A stretch of DNA of 64,000 bases from positions 160,001-224,000 of the forward strand of contig CAWBAT010000009.1 of NCBI GenBank assembly GCA_963786955.1, read 5' to 3'. Of this stretch, positions 29,644 to 40,171 are shown one piece after another. The translations under genes were made by a program, and so were the position numbers. The first letter of the stretch is position 1, and each line of letters starts with the position of its first letter. The DNA is from an uncultured Acidimicrobiia bacterium. Its GTDB lineage: Bacteria > Acidobacteriota > Terriglobia > Versatilivoradales > Versatilivoraceae. The notes under the pieces were generated by a model. It saw only the letters and a program-made list of their open reading frames with translations. It ran no database searches and was not told the DNA's origin.

Positions 29644-30918
29644 TCATCCCCACCAGGTTTCCCCGGGTGCCAAGTGGGCTCGCACCTGGTCTTCGTTGAG
29701 TTCCACCCCGAAGCCAGGCTTGTCCTGGATTTGAATCTTTCCATTCTTGATAATAGGGCCTTCATGAATTACGAACTTTTCCCACTCTTCAGTGGAAGAC
29801 ATTCGACCTATCACGAACTCGTGGGCGCGGAAATCGGCGATGGCCGCGGCGCAATGCGCGGAAGCCAGCGTGCCCAGCGGACTGCACACGTTGTGGGCGC
29901 AAACGGGGATGGAATAGAGTTCGGCCAGGTCCGCGATCTTCTTCGACTCGAGAAGACCCCCCGCTTTGGGAATGTCGATCTGGATGAGGTGGCACCCCTG
30001 CTTCATGATAAACGGTTGAAACCCTTGCCGCCGGTAAAGATTTTCTCCCATGAGTATCGGCACAGGCGAGGCTTCCGTCAGTTTGACCCATGATTCGGAA
30101 AATTCCACCGACATGGGATCTTCCAGCCACATCGGCTTGATGAACGCCACGGTACGGGCAAGCTCAAGCGCGTCGATCCAGTCAAAGTTCCAGTGGCAGT
30201 GTACGGCGATATCGATGTCGTCGCCCAAGGCTTCACGCAGGTTGGCAAATCCTCGGGCGATCCGGGAGAGGTCCTTGCGCGTCAAATGGCGGCTGCCGGG
30301 TTCATGGCCGGGCTCGCGGTACTGTGGATCATACTGCTGGGAGTAGGCATCCACCTGAGACTTGACGGCCGTAATGCCGTAAGGGTGATTTTTGATCATT
30401 TCTGCATATTTTCGGCACGATGTCGGGTCAAGGGCATCCTCCGGCTGGCTCGTCCAGTAGGCCCGCACGCCATCTCGATATTGCCCTCCAAGTAGCTTGC
30501 AGACTGGAACATTGAGAATCTTCCCGACCAGGTCCCATAGAGCAATCTCGACTCCGCTGATGGCCGTTACGGTCACGCCGGCTATGGAGCCCATTCCACC
30601 CGTATATCGGATCATCTTTGAATAGAGGCGTTCGACATCGAGGGGATCTTCTCCAATGACCTGATTGCGGAGGGTGCCCAGCACCATGTCCTTGACGCCA
30701 TGTCCCCAATAGGCTTCACCAATGCCTGCGATTCCGCTGTCCGTTTCCACTTTGACCATGTTCCAGTTGGCTGTGCCCAGAACCACCATGAATTTCACGT
30801 CGGTGATCTTGACCTTCTTGCGCATGGGGTTGGCCATGGCATAAAAACTGGGAATAGCTGCGACGGCTGGTATAGCTCCTGCGAGCCGCTTGAAGAAGTT
30901 ACGTCTAGGTATCTTCAT
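29644..30918 (-). CDS. Mandelate racemase / muconate lactonizing enzyme family protein with Tat signal
   Basis: PRRNFFK twin-Arg; AISGVEIALWDLVGK, WLEDP, GEN, DIPKAGG, AHN, DKPGFGVEL. Confidence 0.92.
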   Translation of the reverse strand: MKIPRRNFFKRLAGAIPAVAAIPSFYAMANPMRKKVKITDVKFMVVLGTANWNMVKVETDSGIAGIGEAYWGHGVKDMVLGTLRNQVIGEDPLDVERLYSKMIRYTGGMGSIAGVTVTAISGVEIALWDLVGKILNVPVCKLLGGQYRDGVRAYWTSQPEDALDPTSCRKYAEMIKNHPYGITAVKSQVDAYSQQYDPQYREPGHEPGSRHLTRKDLSRIARGFANLREALGDDIDIAVHCHWNFDWIDALELARTVAFIKPMWLEDPMSVEFSESWVKLTEASPVPILMGENLYRRQGFQPFIMKQGCHLIQIDIPKAGGLLESKKIADLAELYSIPVCAHNVCSPLGTLASAHCAAAIADFRAHEFVIGRMSSTEEWEKFVIHEGPIIKNGKIQIQDKPGFGVELNEDQVRAHLAPGETWWG

Positions 30919-31084
30919 CGAAACCTACAGTTGACCTACCCGCTACGGTTCGTGGATTTTTGCGGGGGATTGCAGAATATATTGACGAACCCCTCACGCC
31001 CCGCCCCCCCAAAGAGTGTGAAATAATTGTTTTCGGTGGCGCTCTGCAAGTGTCCGTCGGTTAAGGGGGGCTCCAACGGGTAAG

Positions 31085-31155
31085 GTAGGGCGGTCTCGCT
31101 GAGACCGCCGACTCCAAGTCTGACATGGCGGCGCGCACAGCGTGCGCGCCCTACC
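31085..31155. repeat. GTAG-type REP doublet
   Basis: GTAGGGCGGTCTCGCTGAGACCGCC...GGCGCGCACAGCGTGCGCGCCCTAC. Confidence 0.8.
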
Positions 31156-31230
31156 AGAGCGCCCACCCCCTCGCCCCTTCCCCGGCCCGCAATGGCAGCT
31201 GTGCGACCGGCTTCCTTGATTCAGCACCAA

Positions 31231-34200
31231 TCACCACCAGAACTTTAAACCGAACTGTATTTGGCGGGGAGTGTTTAGAAGATCGCTGTTTGAAGTAAGC
31301 CGGCCAAAAGTTGAACTCTGTAAAGTAGTCGATCCGGTACCAAAACGCACTCGATTGAAGGCATTAAACATTTCAAAACGGAAATCAAGATTCATTTTTT
31401 CGCCGAGATTGAAGGTCCGACTCACGAGAAGGTTCTCGGTGTAATTGGGGAACTGACGGCATTTGGGGTTATAGCGGGTGGCATTGCCGAACACTGTGGT
31501 TGGCTGCGGTCCGAAGGAGGCCGCTGGCTTAAAGAAGGTGTTGACTGACGGATCGAAATTCTGGATGTCTGAACACCCCCAATCGTCATAGGTACTGATC
31601 GTGGGCCGGTTGGGGCCCGCGAAGAGAGGCAAAGCAACAGTAGTGGCCAAGCCAACAGGCAGACCACTTGAATAGTAAAGAATCCCTCCGAGTTGCCAAC
31701 CGCCCGCCAGAGCCGCGCCGACCCCTTGTGTGAGCCACTTTTGGTTTTTCCCAAAGGGCAAATTATATAACCCCGAAAACTTGAAGTTGTGCGTGACGTC
31801 GAACCCACTGATGGACTTATCCAGTTGGTGGTTGGCTTGATCCATCGAGAGGACGTACCCTGCTGGTGAATCGGAATCACCAATAGTCTTGGAATAGACA
31901 TAGGATGTCTGGAAAGTCAGTCCACTTCCAAAGCGCTTGTCGAGCCGGAAGATGGCGGCATGATAGGACGAGTTACCGCTGTGGTCTCCCCCCCCAGTAC
32001 GTGTGTCAAGCTCCAGGATTTGGGGATAAGGCCGCAAAGCTTGGGAGACGGAACCGGTGAAGCCGGGATACGGCACGGGAATACCGGCAGCGATCGCCGC
32101 CGGGGAATAGATACTGCTGTTGAGAAGGGTGGCGCCGTATTGCTGAAGATAACTATACGGGGTCTGGTTGTAGTTGTTAAGCCCACTCTGCAGATGGTAA
32201 CCTCTCAAAGCGGAGTAACCCGCCTCGAACATCATAGTGCCCGTTAACTGGCGCTGGATCGAGAGCGTCCACGAATCGGCAGTCGGAAGCATCGTCGCGT
32301 CATTGCCTTGCCACCAACTCACACTATTCCCGTTTCCAAATGACGGATTGAGTTGAGGGGGCAGCGGATACGGAGGGAACCCGTCTTTGAGAAGAAACGT
32401 CGGGTATACTCCGGAAGTCGTATTGGACGGGGTAAAGATCGTGACAAACCCGAGGAAGTGGGCGGACCCTGCCGCGGCGGTGACAAATCCGAACGACTGG
32501 GAGAAACCCGCGCGAAGGACGGTTTTATCGTTCAGACTGTAGGCTAACCCGATGCGCGGCCCCCACGCATTGTAATTAGTACCGGCTAACTGGCGGGTTC
32601 CTACCCGCCCTTCTCCCGTCCCGGCGAACAGGAGAGCGCCCATCCGGTTGCCCGCTGCCGGATTGGGCGTCGTGGGGCTGAAGTCGCTATAGCGGTCGTA
32701 TTCTTCAAACGGCGGCAAAGTGTTTTCCCAGCGCAAGCCCAGATTCAAAGTCAACTTGTTGTTGACACGAAAATCATCCTGGGCAAATCCGGCAAAATAG
32801 ACAAACTCCTGGCCGATGTAACGAAAAGTTTCGGTTCTGCCACTGTCAACCATGCCCAACAAGAAAGAGGCGAAGGAACTCCCGCCGCCGGCGGCAAAGC
32901 TGGTAACACCCGGGAGGCCGGTTTCCGTGGTGCTGAATGTCACTCCGCCGGAGATCCCTTGCTGGCCGAACCCGGAATAATAGTTTTTCTGATACATCCC
33001 GCCAAACTTAAACGTGTGCCGCCCCTTAATCCAGGTTAGGTCGTCATTGAAATTGAAGAGCGGATTATGCGAACCACTAGACGAATAACTTCCCCATTGG
33101 GTATATCCATCCGAACCGTACAACACAGTTGTCAAGTTCGTATTGCAGTTCGGGACGTTGGGCAAGCAGAATGTGTTCTTCCAGTTCCCCTGCTGCTGGT
33201 TGGCATTGGTCGCTTCTTGCTGCCAATTGTTCACGCCGCCGTAGAAGTGGTTGAGTAAGGTTGGGGAAAAGGTGTGAGTCCACCCCCCGCGATAAATGGT
33301 GCTCCGATTATATTGGGATTGGAAGTTGGAATAGTACCCGGGGAGGGCGGCGGGTCCCGCCGGACCAGCACCATTCGTTTCTGTGTTATAACCAAAGTAG
33401 AAATAGATTCGGTTCTTGTCCGAAAAGACGTAATCAACTTTTGCGCTAAATTTGTTCCAGGGGCTGGACGTGCTCCCTTGAGTGATCAAGTAGTTGTTTT
33501 GCACGTAGCCGACTGTTCCTGGCAGAGCTCCGTTGTTGGGGGCGGGCAGCTTGGCCGGACCGGATTGGTAGACTTGAAGCAGTTGTGCGGCCAGGGGATC
33601 CCAACGGTTCTGGGGAATCTTGTTGCCCGGGAAAGGATCCCGAATGAGCTTACCGGAGGCGTCAGTCCTGAGCGTAGCTGGGTCATAGATGGTGATCTGC
33701 TTGCCGCTGCTATTGACCCAATTAGAGAAGTCGCCGGTTAACATTTCGGGGGTGGGAATGGTAGTTGCCTGAGCGGTCGCGCCGATCCGGTTACGGAATC
33801 CCTCGTAGGCGGTGAAAAAGAACATTTTATTCTTCCCGTTGTAAAGCTTTGGAATATAGACAGGACCTCCTACACTCACCCCGAAGTCGCTTTGCTTATA
33901 AACTGCTCGCTCGAGGCCAGCCCTGTTGCTGAAGAAACGGTTGGCATCCAGGGCATTGTTGCGCAGAAACTCGAACACCGAGCCGTGAATATCGTTCGTT
34001 CCCGATTTCGAAGAAAAGCTCATCACGCCTCCCATGGCATGACCGAACTCCGCCTTGTAGCCGTTTGTGTCTACAGTAAACTCGGTAATGGCGTCTAGCG
34101 GCGGGGTATTGTAGGTTACCCACGAATTCGGCAGAGGGTTGCCGACGCCCATCGACACGCCATCCAGCGTAATCCCGTAGGCGCGAGGCTGGCCTCCTCC

Positions 34201-34794
34201 GATCGAAAAGCTATCATAGACCGGTGCCGCATTGGTTGGACCCGATCCTAAGGCGACTGATGTTCCGAAGTTTTTGGCCTCCGGCGTTAAGGTTGCCAGA
34301 TCAAAAGGGCTGCGCAGAGCCCCGCCGACGACAAGCGGTAATTGCTGTATCATCATATTGCTCACGTTGGCAGAGATTTTTGCCTCCTCCGTTTTCAGCT
34401 GAGATACGTCGCCTGTAACCTCAATCTCCTGGCGGACTTCTCCGATTTCCAGTGAGAAATCGACCCGGATAGCGGAAGCCGAATTCAGCGTAATCCCGGA
34501 CCGGATGACCGTTTTGAAGCCTTCTTTCTCAGCTCGTATATTGTACTTGCCAACGGGTAGGTCTGGAACCGTATACGTTCCCGCCTCGGTACTCTGGGTC
34601 GTCGAGGATGCACCAGTTGCCGGATCTGTTACAGTGATCTTTGCTCCTGGGACAAGCGCACCGGCACTATCCAGGATCGTTCCGTTAATGGTTCCGCGTC
34701 CAGACTGCGCGAGCAGAGACTCGGAACTTGTAAGCATCAAAACTCCTAACAAGACAACGGCGAGCCGTCGGACTATTTTGCCCAATACTTTCAT
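31231..34794 (-). CDS. TonB-dependent receptor (Oar-like, N-terminal carboxypeptidase-regulatory-like domain)
   Basis: GTINGTILDSAGALVPGAKIT, SKSGTNDIHGSVFEFLRN, AQDDFRVNNKLTLNLGLRWE, PRQIQFGLKFWW aromatic C-terminus. Confidence 0.93.
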   Translation of the reverse strand: MKVLGKIVRRLAVVLLGVLMLTSSESLLAQSGRGTINGTILDSAGALVPGAKITVTDPATGASSTTQSTEAGTYTVPDLPVGKYNIRAEKEGFKTVIRSGITLNSASAIRVDFSLEIGEVRQEIEVTGDVSQLKTEEAKISANVSNMMIQQLPLVVGGALRSPFDLATLTPEAKNFGTSVALGSGPTNAAPVYDSFSIGGGQPRAYGITLDGVSMGVGNPLPNSWVTYNTPPLDAITEFTVDTNGYKAEFGHAMGGVMSFSSKSGTNDIHGSVFEFLRNNALDANRFFSNRAGLERAVYKQSDFGVSVGGPVYIPKLYNGKNKMFFFTAYEGFRNRIGATAQATTIPTPEMLTGDFSNWVNSSGKQITIYDPATLRTDASGKLIRDPFPGNKIPQNRWDPLAAQLLQVYQSGPAKLPAPNNGALPGTVGYVQNNYLITQGSTSSPWNKFSAKVDYVFSDKNRIYFYFGYNTETNGAGPAGPAALPGYYSNFQSQYNRSTIYRGGWTHTFSPTLLNHFYGGVNNWQQEATNANQQQGNWKNTFCLPNVPNCNTNLTTVLYGSDGYTQWGSYSSSGSHNPLFNFNDDLTWIKGRHTFKFGGMYQKNYYSGFGQQGISGGVTFSTTETGLPGVTSFAAGGGSSFASFLLGMVDSGRTETFRYIGQEFVYFAGFAQDDFRVNNKLTLNLGLRWENTLPPFEEYDRYSDFSPTTPNPAAGNRMGALLFAGTGEGRVGTRQLAGTNYNAWGPRIGLAYSLNDKTVLRAGFSQSFGFVTAAAGSAHFLGFVTIFTPSNTTSGVYPTFLLKDGFPPYPLPPQLNPSFGNGNSVSWWQGNDATMLPTADSWTLSIQRQLTGTMMFEAGYSALRGYHLQSGLNNYNQTPYSYLQQYGATLLNSSIYSPAAIAAGIPVPYPGFTGSVSQALRPYPQILELDTRTGGGDHSGNSSYHAAIFRLDKRFGSGLTFQTSYVYSKTIGDSDSPAGYVLSMDQANHQLDKSISGFDVTHNFKFSGLYNLPFGKNQKWLTQGVGAALAGGWQLGGILYYSSGLPVGLATTVALPLFAGPNRPTISTYDDWGCSDIQNFDPSVNTFFKPAASFGPQPTTVFGNATRYNPKCRQFPNYTENLLVSRTFNLGEKMNLDFRFEMFNAFNRVRFGTGSTTLQSSTFGRLTSNSDLLNTPRQIQFGLKFWW

Positions 34795-35496
34795 TTCCGT
34801 TCTCCTTTCTTACCGAATAAATGGATCGCTAACTACAATTCCAGTTACGGCTAAGAGACAAGAGACATACCTATTGAGGAAATACCGAAGAAATTAATGG
34901 GGGGGAAATTCACCCTGCTCTTCTCAAGACGAGAGAGGGTCGTTTTAAAAGCGTTTGAAAATGCGGAAAATTCCAGCAATTTCAACATTTTTATGGGTTG
35001 TAGGGATCCCGTTCGATCAGGTGTTTCTTTGACGTTACTTGAACTGGGATATAGCAGGTCAGGATACTAGGAAAGGTAAAGGGTTCTAGATCAACTATCA
35101 ATCAGACATGAGATCCTAACCCACTTGTTTCTATTTGCAAAATGTTTGCCAAACTTTTGGAAGTGCTTTGAGATTGTCTGCAACCGATTGAAAATACTGA
35201 TTAATTTTACTAGGATCAAAATTTCTATTAACGACCAATCCAGACCCATTAGCTCAATTTTATACAACTTTTCGTATGCTTCCCTAAGAATATACGAGAA
35301 CAAATAGATTTTCGCATTCACGCTCAAAAGGCTTTCTCAACCGAGAAGCGTAACAGCCAATAATGGACCAGTGTGCAATGCGTTAGATTTGGAGGGTCAT
35401 CAGGGGTCAATTTGCATTGTGCGCCCTTGGCAAGCGAGTGCGTACGACAGCATTGCCGAAAGAAAACGAAGGAGGTAATTGGTGGTGACGGTACCC

Positions 35497-35789
35497 CGTG
35501 TTGAAGACTTAAGAAAGAAGGGGAAACTGGTTTTGAAAGTAATTGAAGGAAACTATAATTCATCTCCTTCTGATGAATTGTTTAATGAGGATTATGTAAC
35601 GCAAACTCTAAGTAACTAACACCAAGACAGGACGGCGGCGCAGATCTCGGCTCTCCACACGCGTATAATTCCCCCTCACCTCCAACTCCTCTCCCTCGCT
35701 GGGAGAGGAGAGCCGAAGATTCGTTATCTGGTCTGGGTCAGCTCCCGCGAGACCTATGCAGCCTCCCGGTGCCAGTGAATAAATTTCAC
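35497..35789. repeat. Right copy of the ~295-bp direct repeat: LolA-like 3' remnant plus the intact 3' end of the NTF2 gene
   Basis: Encodes RVEDLRKKGKLVLKVIEGNYNSSPSDELFNEDY, compared with RVEDLKKKGKLVLKVIEGNYNSSPSDELFNEDY in the intact gene; lacks the MITE. Confidence 0.92.
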
Positions 35790-36140
35790 ACGCCATCGTT
35801 GGCCCACCTTTTCGACGAGCATGCTTTCCTTACCCTTGGATTCTTCGGCCACTCCGTTGTCCATGGTCTTCATTCGATAGTTGAAGTAGACCATGGCCAT
35901 TCCGGAACCGAGTTCCAGAACCTGAGGCCGGAGGATCTTGTAGGATTTAATTTGTAGTGAACCGGCAAAGTACGGTCTGTATTGCCTGAAAAAATTCTTC
36001 TTGCCCACCAGCGGAACCGCAAAAGCAGGGCCGATTTCAGTGATGTCCTCAGAGAGCTGAAGAGACATGGCCTGTCGATCCTTTTGAACCCAGGCGGCAG
36101 TGAGCTTACGAATACATTCCAGCGGGGGGCTTGCTGACAT
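35754..36140 (-). CDS. Nuclear transport factor 2 family (SnoaL/DUF4440-like) protein
   Basis: 128 aa; AAW..KD..AM...LSED, ending K.GQRWRVKFIHW. Confidence 0.75.
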   Translation of the reverse strand: MSASPPLECIRKLTAAWVQKDRQAMSLQLSEDITEIGPAFAVPLVGKKNFFRQYRPYFAGSLQIKSYKILRPQVLELGSGMAMVYFNYRMKTMDNGVAEESKGKESMLVEKVGQRWRVKFIHWHREAA

Positions 36141-36285
36141 GAGGGCCTTTTTTCACACCTTCAGCCAAATTGAGATTATCCCTTTCCTGCTGACTATCGA
36201 GAATTTCTCACGATCATTGTTGCTGTGTTCATTGAGCCCGAATCCTGAAGCTGTGTAAGCTCCACTAGGTGGACCGGCAAGCGCT

Positions 36286-37461
36286 TCATTGATCGCGCAA
36301 GAATCGTTTGATTCCCCGGACGGCTTGATGAATACGCTGCTCATTTTCCACGAGTGCAAAGCGAACGAAATCGTTTCCATACTCACCAAAACCTATCCCC
36401 GGACTCACGGCTACCTTACCTTCTTCTAAAAGCAATTTGGAAAACTCAAGGGAGCCCATGGCCTTGAATCGCTCCGGAATTTCGGCCCAGACAAACATGG
36501 TGGCTTTCGGTTTTTCGATCGGCCAACCCGCACGGGTCAGCCCTTCGCAAAGCGCATCGCGGCGACTGCGATACACCTCGACAATTTCCTGAACACACTC
36601 CTGAGGGCCGCGCAATGCGGCAATCGAAGCAATCTGGATCGGCTGGAACATGCCATAGTCCAGGTAGCTCTTGATTCGTGTCAAGGCATGGATGAGTTCC
36701 CGATTCCCGACGCAAAAGCCCACCCGCCAGCCGGGCATATTGTAGCTCTTGGAAAGAGAAAACAATTCCACGGCACGCTCACGGGCTCCCGGTACCTGGA
36801 GGATGCTCGGCGCCTTGTATCCATCAAAGACCAAATCCGCATAAGCCAGATCGTGAATGACAATTAAGTTATTGGCTTTGGCAAAATCGATGACCTGCCG
36901 GAAGAATTCCAAATCGACTACCTGGGTCGTCGGATTATGCGGGAACGAAAGGATCAACAGCTTGGGCTGGGGCCATATTTGCTTGATGCGACGCTGGATC
37001 TCGTCGAGAAAATTTCGTCCCGGCAGCATGGGAATGCTGTGAATATCTCCTCCCGCAATTAGCACGGAATAGAGGTGAATCGGATAAGTTGGGTTCGGAA
37101 CAAAAGCCGCATCTCCCCGACCCGTGATGGCGAGGACTAGATGCGCCAATCCCTCTTTGGCCCCCATGGTGACGATGGCTTCGCCCTCGGGATCAATCTG
37201 GACATCATAGTTCCGCTGATACCATTCACTAATCGCCAGACGAAGCTGATAAATTCCCTTCGAAGCGGAATAGCGATGGTTTCGAGGGTTCTGGGCCGCT
37301 TCCACCAGCTTATTGACAATGTGGGGCGGGGTTGGCATATCGGGATTTCCCATCCCTAGGTCAATAATGTCCTCTCCAGCCCGCCGCGCTTTCATCTTCA
37401 GCTCGGTGACGATGCTGAATACATAAGGGGGGAGTCGTTTAATACGTTCAAATTCACTCAT
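36286..37461 (-). CDS. alaC: Class I/II PLP aminotransferase, AlaC-like
   Basis: [12 protein letters not shown]..., [39 protein letters not shown]. Confidence 0.85.
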   Translation of the reverse strand: MSEFERIKRLPPYVFSIVTELKMKARRAGEDIIDLGMGNPDMPTPPHIVNKLVEAAQNPRNHRYSASKGIYQLRLAISEWYQRNYDVQIDPEGEAIVTMGAKEGLAHLVLAITGRGDAAFVPNPTYPIHLYSVLIAGGDIHSIPMLPGRNFLDEIQRRIKQIWPQPKLLILSFPHNPTTQVVDLEFFRQVIDFAKANNLIVIHDLAYADLVFDGYKAPSILQVPGARERAVELFSLSKSYNMPGWRVGFCVGNRELIHALTRIKSYLDYGMFQPIQIASIAALRGPQECVQEIVEVYRSRRDALCEGLTRAGWPIEKPKATMFVWAEIPERFKAMGSLEFSKLLLEEGKVAVSPGIGFGEYGNDFVRFALVENEQRIHQAVRGIKRFLRDQ

Positions 37462-37475
37462 GGATTTCCCTTTCG

Positions 37476-38429
37476 CTACTGAAATGCCAGATAGGCCGCT
37501 CCGTAGATTCCGGCATTTCCGCCCAGACTCGATTTCATAATTCGTCGCGGACTATTCCGGTACACATAAGACCGTCTGAAAACTTCCTCGAGCATGCTGA
37601 CCTCAAAGGCGTCCCAGGCGTCAACGGCTCCGCCGCCCAGTACAAACAAGTCGATATCGAAGATGTTGATAAAAGTGGCGATGGCAATCCCTAACGCCTT
37701 TCCTACTTCGGCAAAGATCATCTTGGCGGACGAATCTCCCTCTTTCGCCAGCTGATAGAGCAGCGCCGCAGTCAATCGATTTCCTGAGCCAGCGAGATGC
37801 TTGAGACCTGAACTCGCCTTGCCTGCCTCCAGCAACTCTTGCGCAGCAAAGACGACGGCCGATGCCGCCGCATACGCCTCGAGGCATCCCCGGCTCCCAC
37901 ACTTGCAGAGCCGCCCCTCCGGGTAAATGGTCACATGCCCTAATTCCGCAGCCATCCCGGTTAGACCATGCCAAATCTTCCCGTCGAGAATGAGTCCACC
38001 TCCAATTCCCGTCCCCATCGTCAACAAACAAAGATGTTGGACATCTTTCCCCACGCCCATCCATTTCTCACCGAGAGCCGCGGCGTTGGCATCGTTGTCC
38101 AGAAAAATGGGACTGTTCAGCCCTTTGAAAATTTGGGCTCGAACATTGAAATTCTCCCAGCCGGGCAAATTGGGCGAAGCGACGACGACACCCTCGCCCA
38201 GCTTGATGATTCCCGGGACCCCAACACCAATCCCCGCCAGGGTATAATGCTTTTTCCAGCGGGCGACGAGTTCCAAAATACCGCCGGTCAATCGGTCGAC
38301 AACATCTTCCCGACCTTTTTCGGACAATGTTTCTAAATTCAATTGGTCGAACAAGGCCCCATTTTCGTTAATGGCGCCGACCCTGAGATTTGTCCCGCCG
38401 AGATCCACTCCGATCGCAAACCGTGTCAT
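37476..38429 (-). CDS. ROK family sugar kinase (glucokinase-like)
   Basis: [38 protein letters not shown]. Confidence 0.93.
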   Translation of the reverse strand: MTRFAIGVDLGGTNLRVGAINENGALFDQLNLETLSEKGREDVVDRLTGGILELVARWKKHYTLAGIGVGVPGIIKLGEGVVVASPNLPGWENFNVRAQIFKGLNSPIFLDNDANAAALGEKWMGVGKDVQHLCLLTMGTGIGGGLILDGKIWHGLTGMAAELGHVTIYPEGRLCKCGSRGCLEAYAAASAVVFAAQELLEAGKASSGLKHLAGSGNRLTAALLYQLAKEGDSSAKMIFAEVGKALGIAIATFINIFDIDLFVLGGGAVDAWDAFEVSMLEEVFRRSYVYRNSPRRIMKSSLGGNAGIYGAAYLAFQ

Positions 38430-38595
38430 GGAATTCCCTATACCTTCATTTTGATGCGACGGCCTATTTCCGGCATTCTAAATTGGTTTTGCTCCCCCCT
38501 CACCCCCGGCCCCTCTCCCGCGTTGGGGCGAGGGGAGCTGTGAATCTTAAGCGTTGGAATGAGGAGAATCGAAGGTTCAAAAAATCTGCGCCGTT

Positions 38596-40143
38596 TTAAC
38601 GTTCAGATGCCTTTTTGACGACTTCAGTCACACGATCGAAGTTTGGCTTGAGCGCTCCGTATAACGCACGATAAATTTCATAGTAGTCCTGATATCGAGG
38701 CACATTTTCAGGGTTTGGCGCAGTAAAGTTGGTCAAACGGATGGCCTGTTGGCAGGCCTGTTCCAGAGAACTGAAGCCGCCGGTGCCAACGGCCGCCATC
38801 AGCGCAGCGCCAAAGGCAGCCCCTTCGTCCGCCACAACGGTGCAAATTTCTTTGTTAAAGATATCGGCCTGAATCTGGCGCCACAATCCGCTACGCCCTC
38901 CTCCTCCTGAAGCCCTGACCTGGCTGGTGCTGACTTTCATCTCATCAAAAATAAGGAAAGAATCCTTGAGGCTGTAAGCGACTCCTTCCAAGACAGCGCG
39001 AATCACATCGGCTCGAGTATGCCGGCCGGTTAAGCCGAAAAGAACTCCCTTGGCATTGGCATCGAGGTGAGGAGTTCGCTCCCCCATCATATAGGGAAGG
39101 AAAATGAGCCCCTCCGCTCCTGGCTTTGACAATGCCGCTTGCCGGGTCAGCAATTCATAGGAATCTTGTTTCATGAGATTCCCGAGATTGACTTCTTGAG
39201 CTCCGAATTGATCCCGGAACCAGCGCAAGGAAAGGCCGGCCCCTTGCGTCACTCCCATCACATGCCATTTCTGAGGAACAGCATGACAAAACGTATGGAC
39301 TCTCCCTTTCTGGTCCCTGGCAGGATTTTCCATAAACGCAAAGACGACCCCCGAGGAGCCAATTGTAGAAGACACGATTCCCGGCGAAACAATCCCGTTG
39401 CCGACGCCTCCTGAGGCTTGGTCCCCGCCTCCCCCCACCACATCCACGTTAGCGCTCAGTCCCAGCTCCTGAGCAACATCCTGACGCACCTTTCCGGAAA
39501 CGACAATCGACTCGTGCACTGCGGGCAGCCAATCTTCGTTGAACTCAAGGCGCGCCATGATTTCTTTGGACCAGCGCCGCTGAACCACGTCAAAGAGCGT
39601 TGTTCCGGATGCATCGGAGACTTCGGATGCAAACTCGCCGGTCAGGCAAAATCGAATGTAGTCTTTCGGAAGCAAGACCTTGTGAATCCCTGCGTAGATC
39701 TCTGGCTCGTGACGTTTCACCCACTCCAATTTTGGACCAGTAAAACCGGTCAGCGCAGGGTTGCAAGTGATGTCGATGAGGCGATCATAGCCGACGGTTT
39801 CCGTGATCCGGTCAGCCTCTGCCTGACAGCGCTGGTCACACCAAATAATGGAAGGCCGCAAAACCTGATGACTCTTATCGAGAAGTACCAACCCATGCAT
39901 TTGGCCCGAAAGTCCAATGGCGTGGATCTCACGACCCTTGACGCCGGTGCTCTGGAGCACCTTGGCGATAGCTGTCTTGGTCGCCCCCCACCAGTCTTCT
40001 GGATTTTGTTCTGCCCACTGGGGCTGCGGGGTACTGATGGGCTCATGGTCAGCAGAATGCCCTCCGACGACTTTGCCCTCTGCATCGATTATGACTGCAC
40101 GAGTTCCTGTCGTTCCAACATCAATTCCAAGTGAGTAGGTCAT
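38596..40143 (-). CDS. xylB: Xylulokinase
   Basis: LGIDVGTTG, GLSGQMHGLV, LLPKDYI, FLPYMMGERTPH, SGGGGRSGLWRQI. Confidence 0.92.
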   Translation of the reverse strand: MTYSLGIDVGTTGTRAVIIDAEGKVVGGHSADHEPISTPQPQWAEQNPEDWWGATKTAIAKVLQSTGVKGREIHAIGLSGQMHGLVLLDKSHQVLRPSIIWCDQRCQAEADRITETVGYDRLIDITCNPALTGFTGPKLEWVKRHEPEIYAGIHKVLLPKDYIRFCLTGEFASEVSDASGTTLFDVVQRRWSKEIMARLEFNEDWLPAVHESIVVSGKVRQDVAQELGLSANVDVVGGGGDQASGGVGNGIVSPGIVSSTIGSSGVVFAFMENPARDQKGRVHTFCHAVPQKWHVMGVTQGAGLSLRWFRDQFGAQEVNLGNLMKQDSYELLTRQAALSKPGAEGLIFLPYMMGERTPHLDANAKGVLFGLTGRHTRADVIRAVLEGVAYSLKDSFLIFDEMKVSTSQVRASGGGGRSGLWRQIQADIFNKEICTVVADEGAAFGAALMAAVGTGGFSSLEQACQQAIRLTNFTAPNPENVPRYQDYYEIYRALYGALKPNFDRVTEVVKKASER

Positions 40144-40171
40144 TTTCGTTCCCTTCTCCTTTCCTCATTCC

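Noticed and set aside
35091-35327. Small ORFs in the AT-rich region
   Set aside because: No SD or motif support; the region reads better as regulatory DNA.
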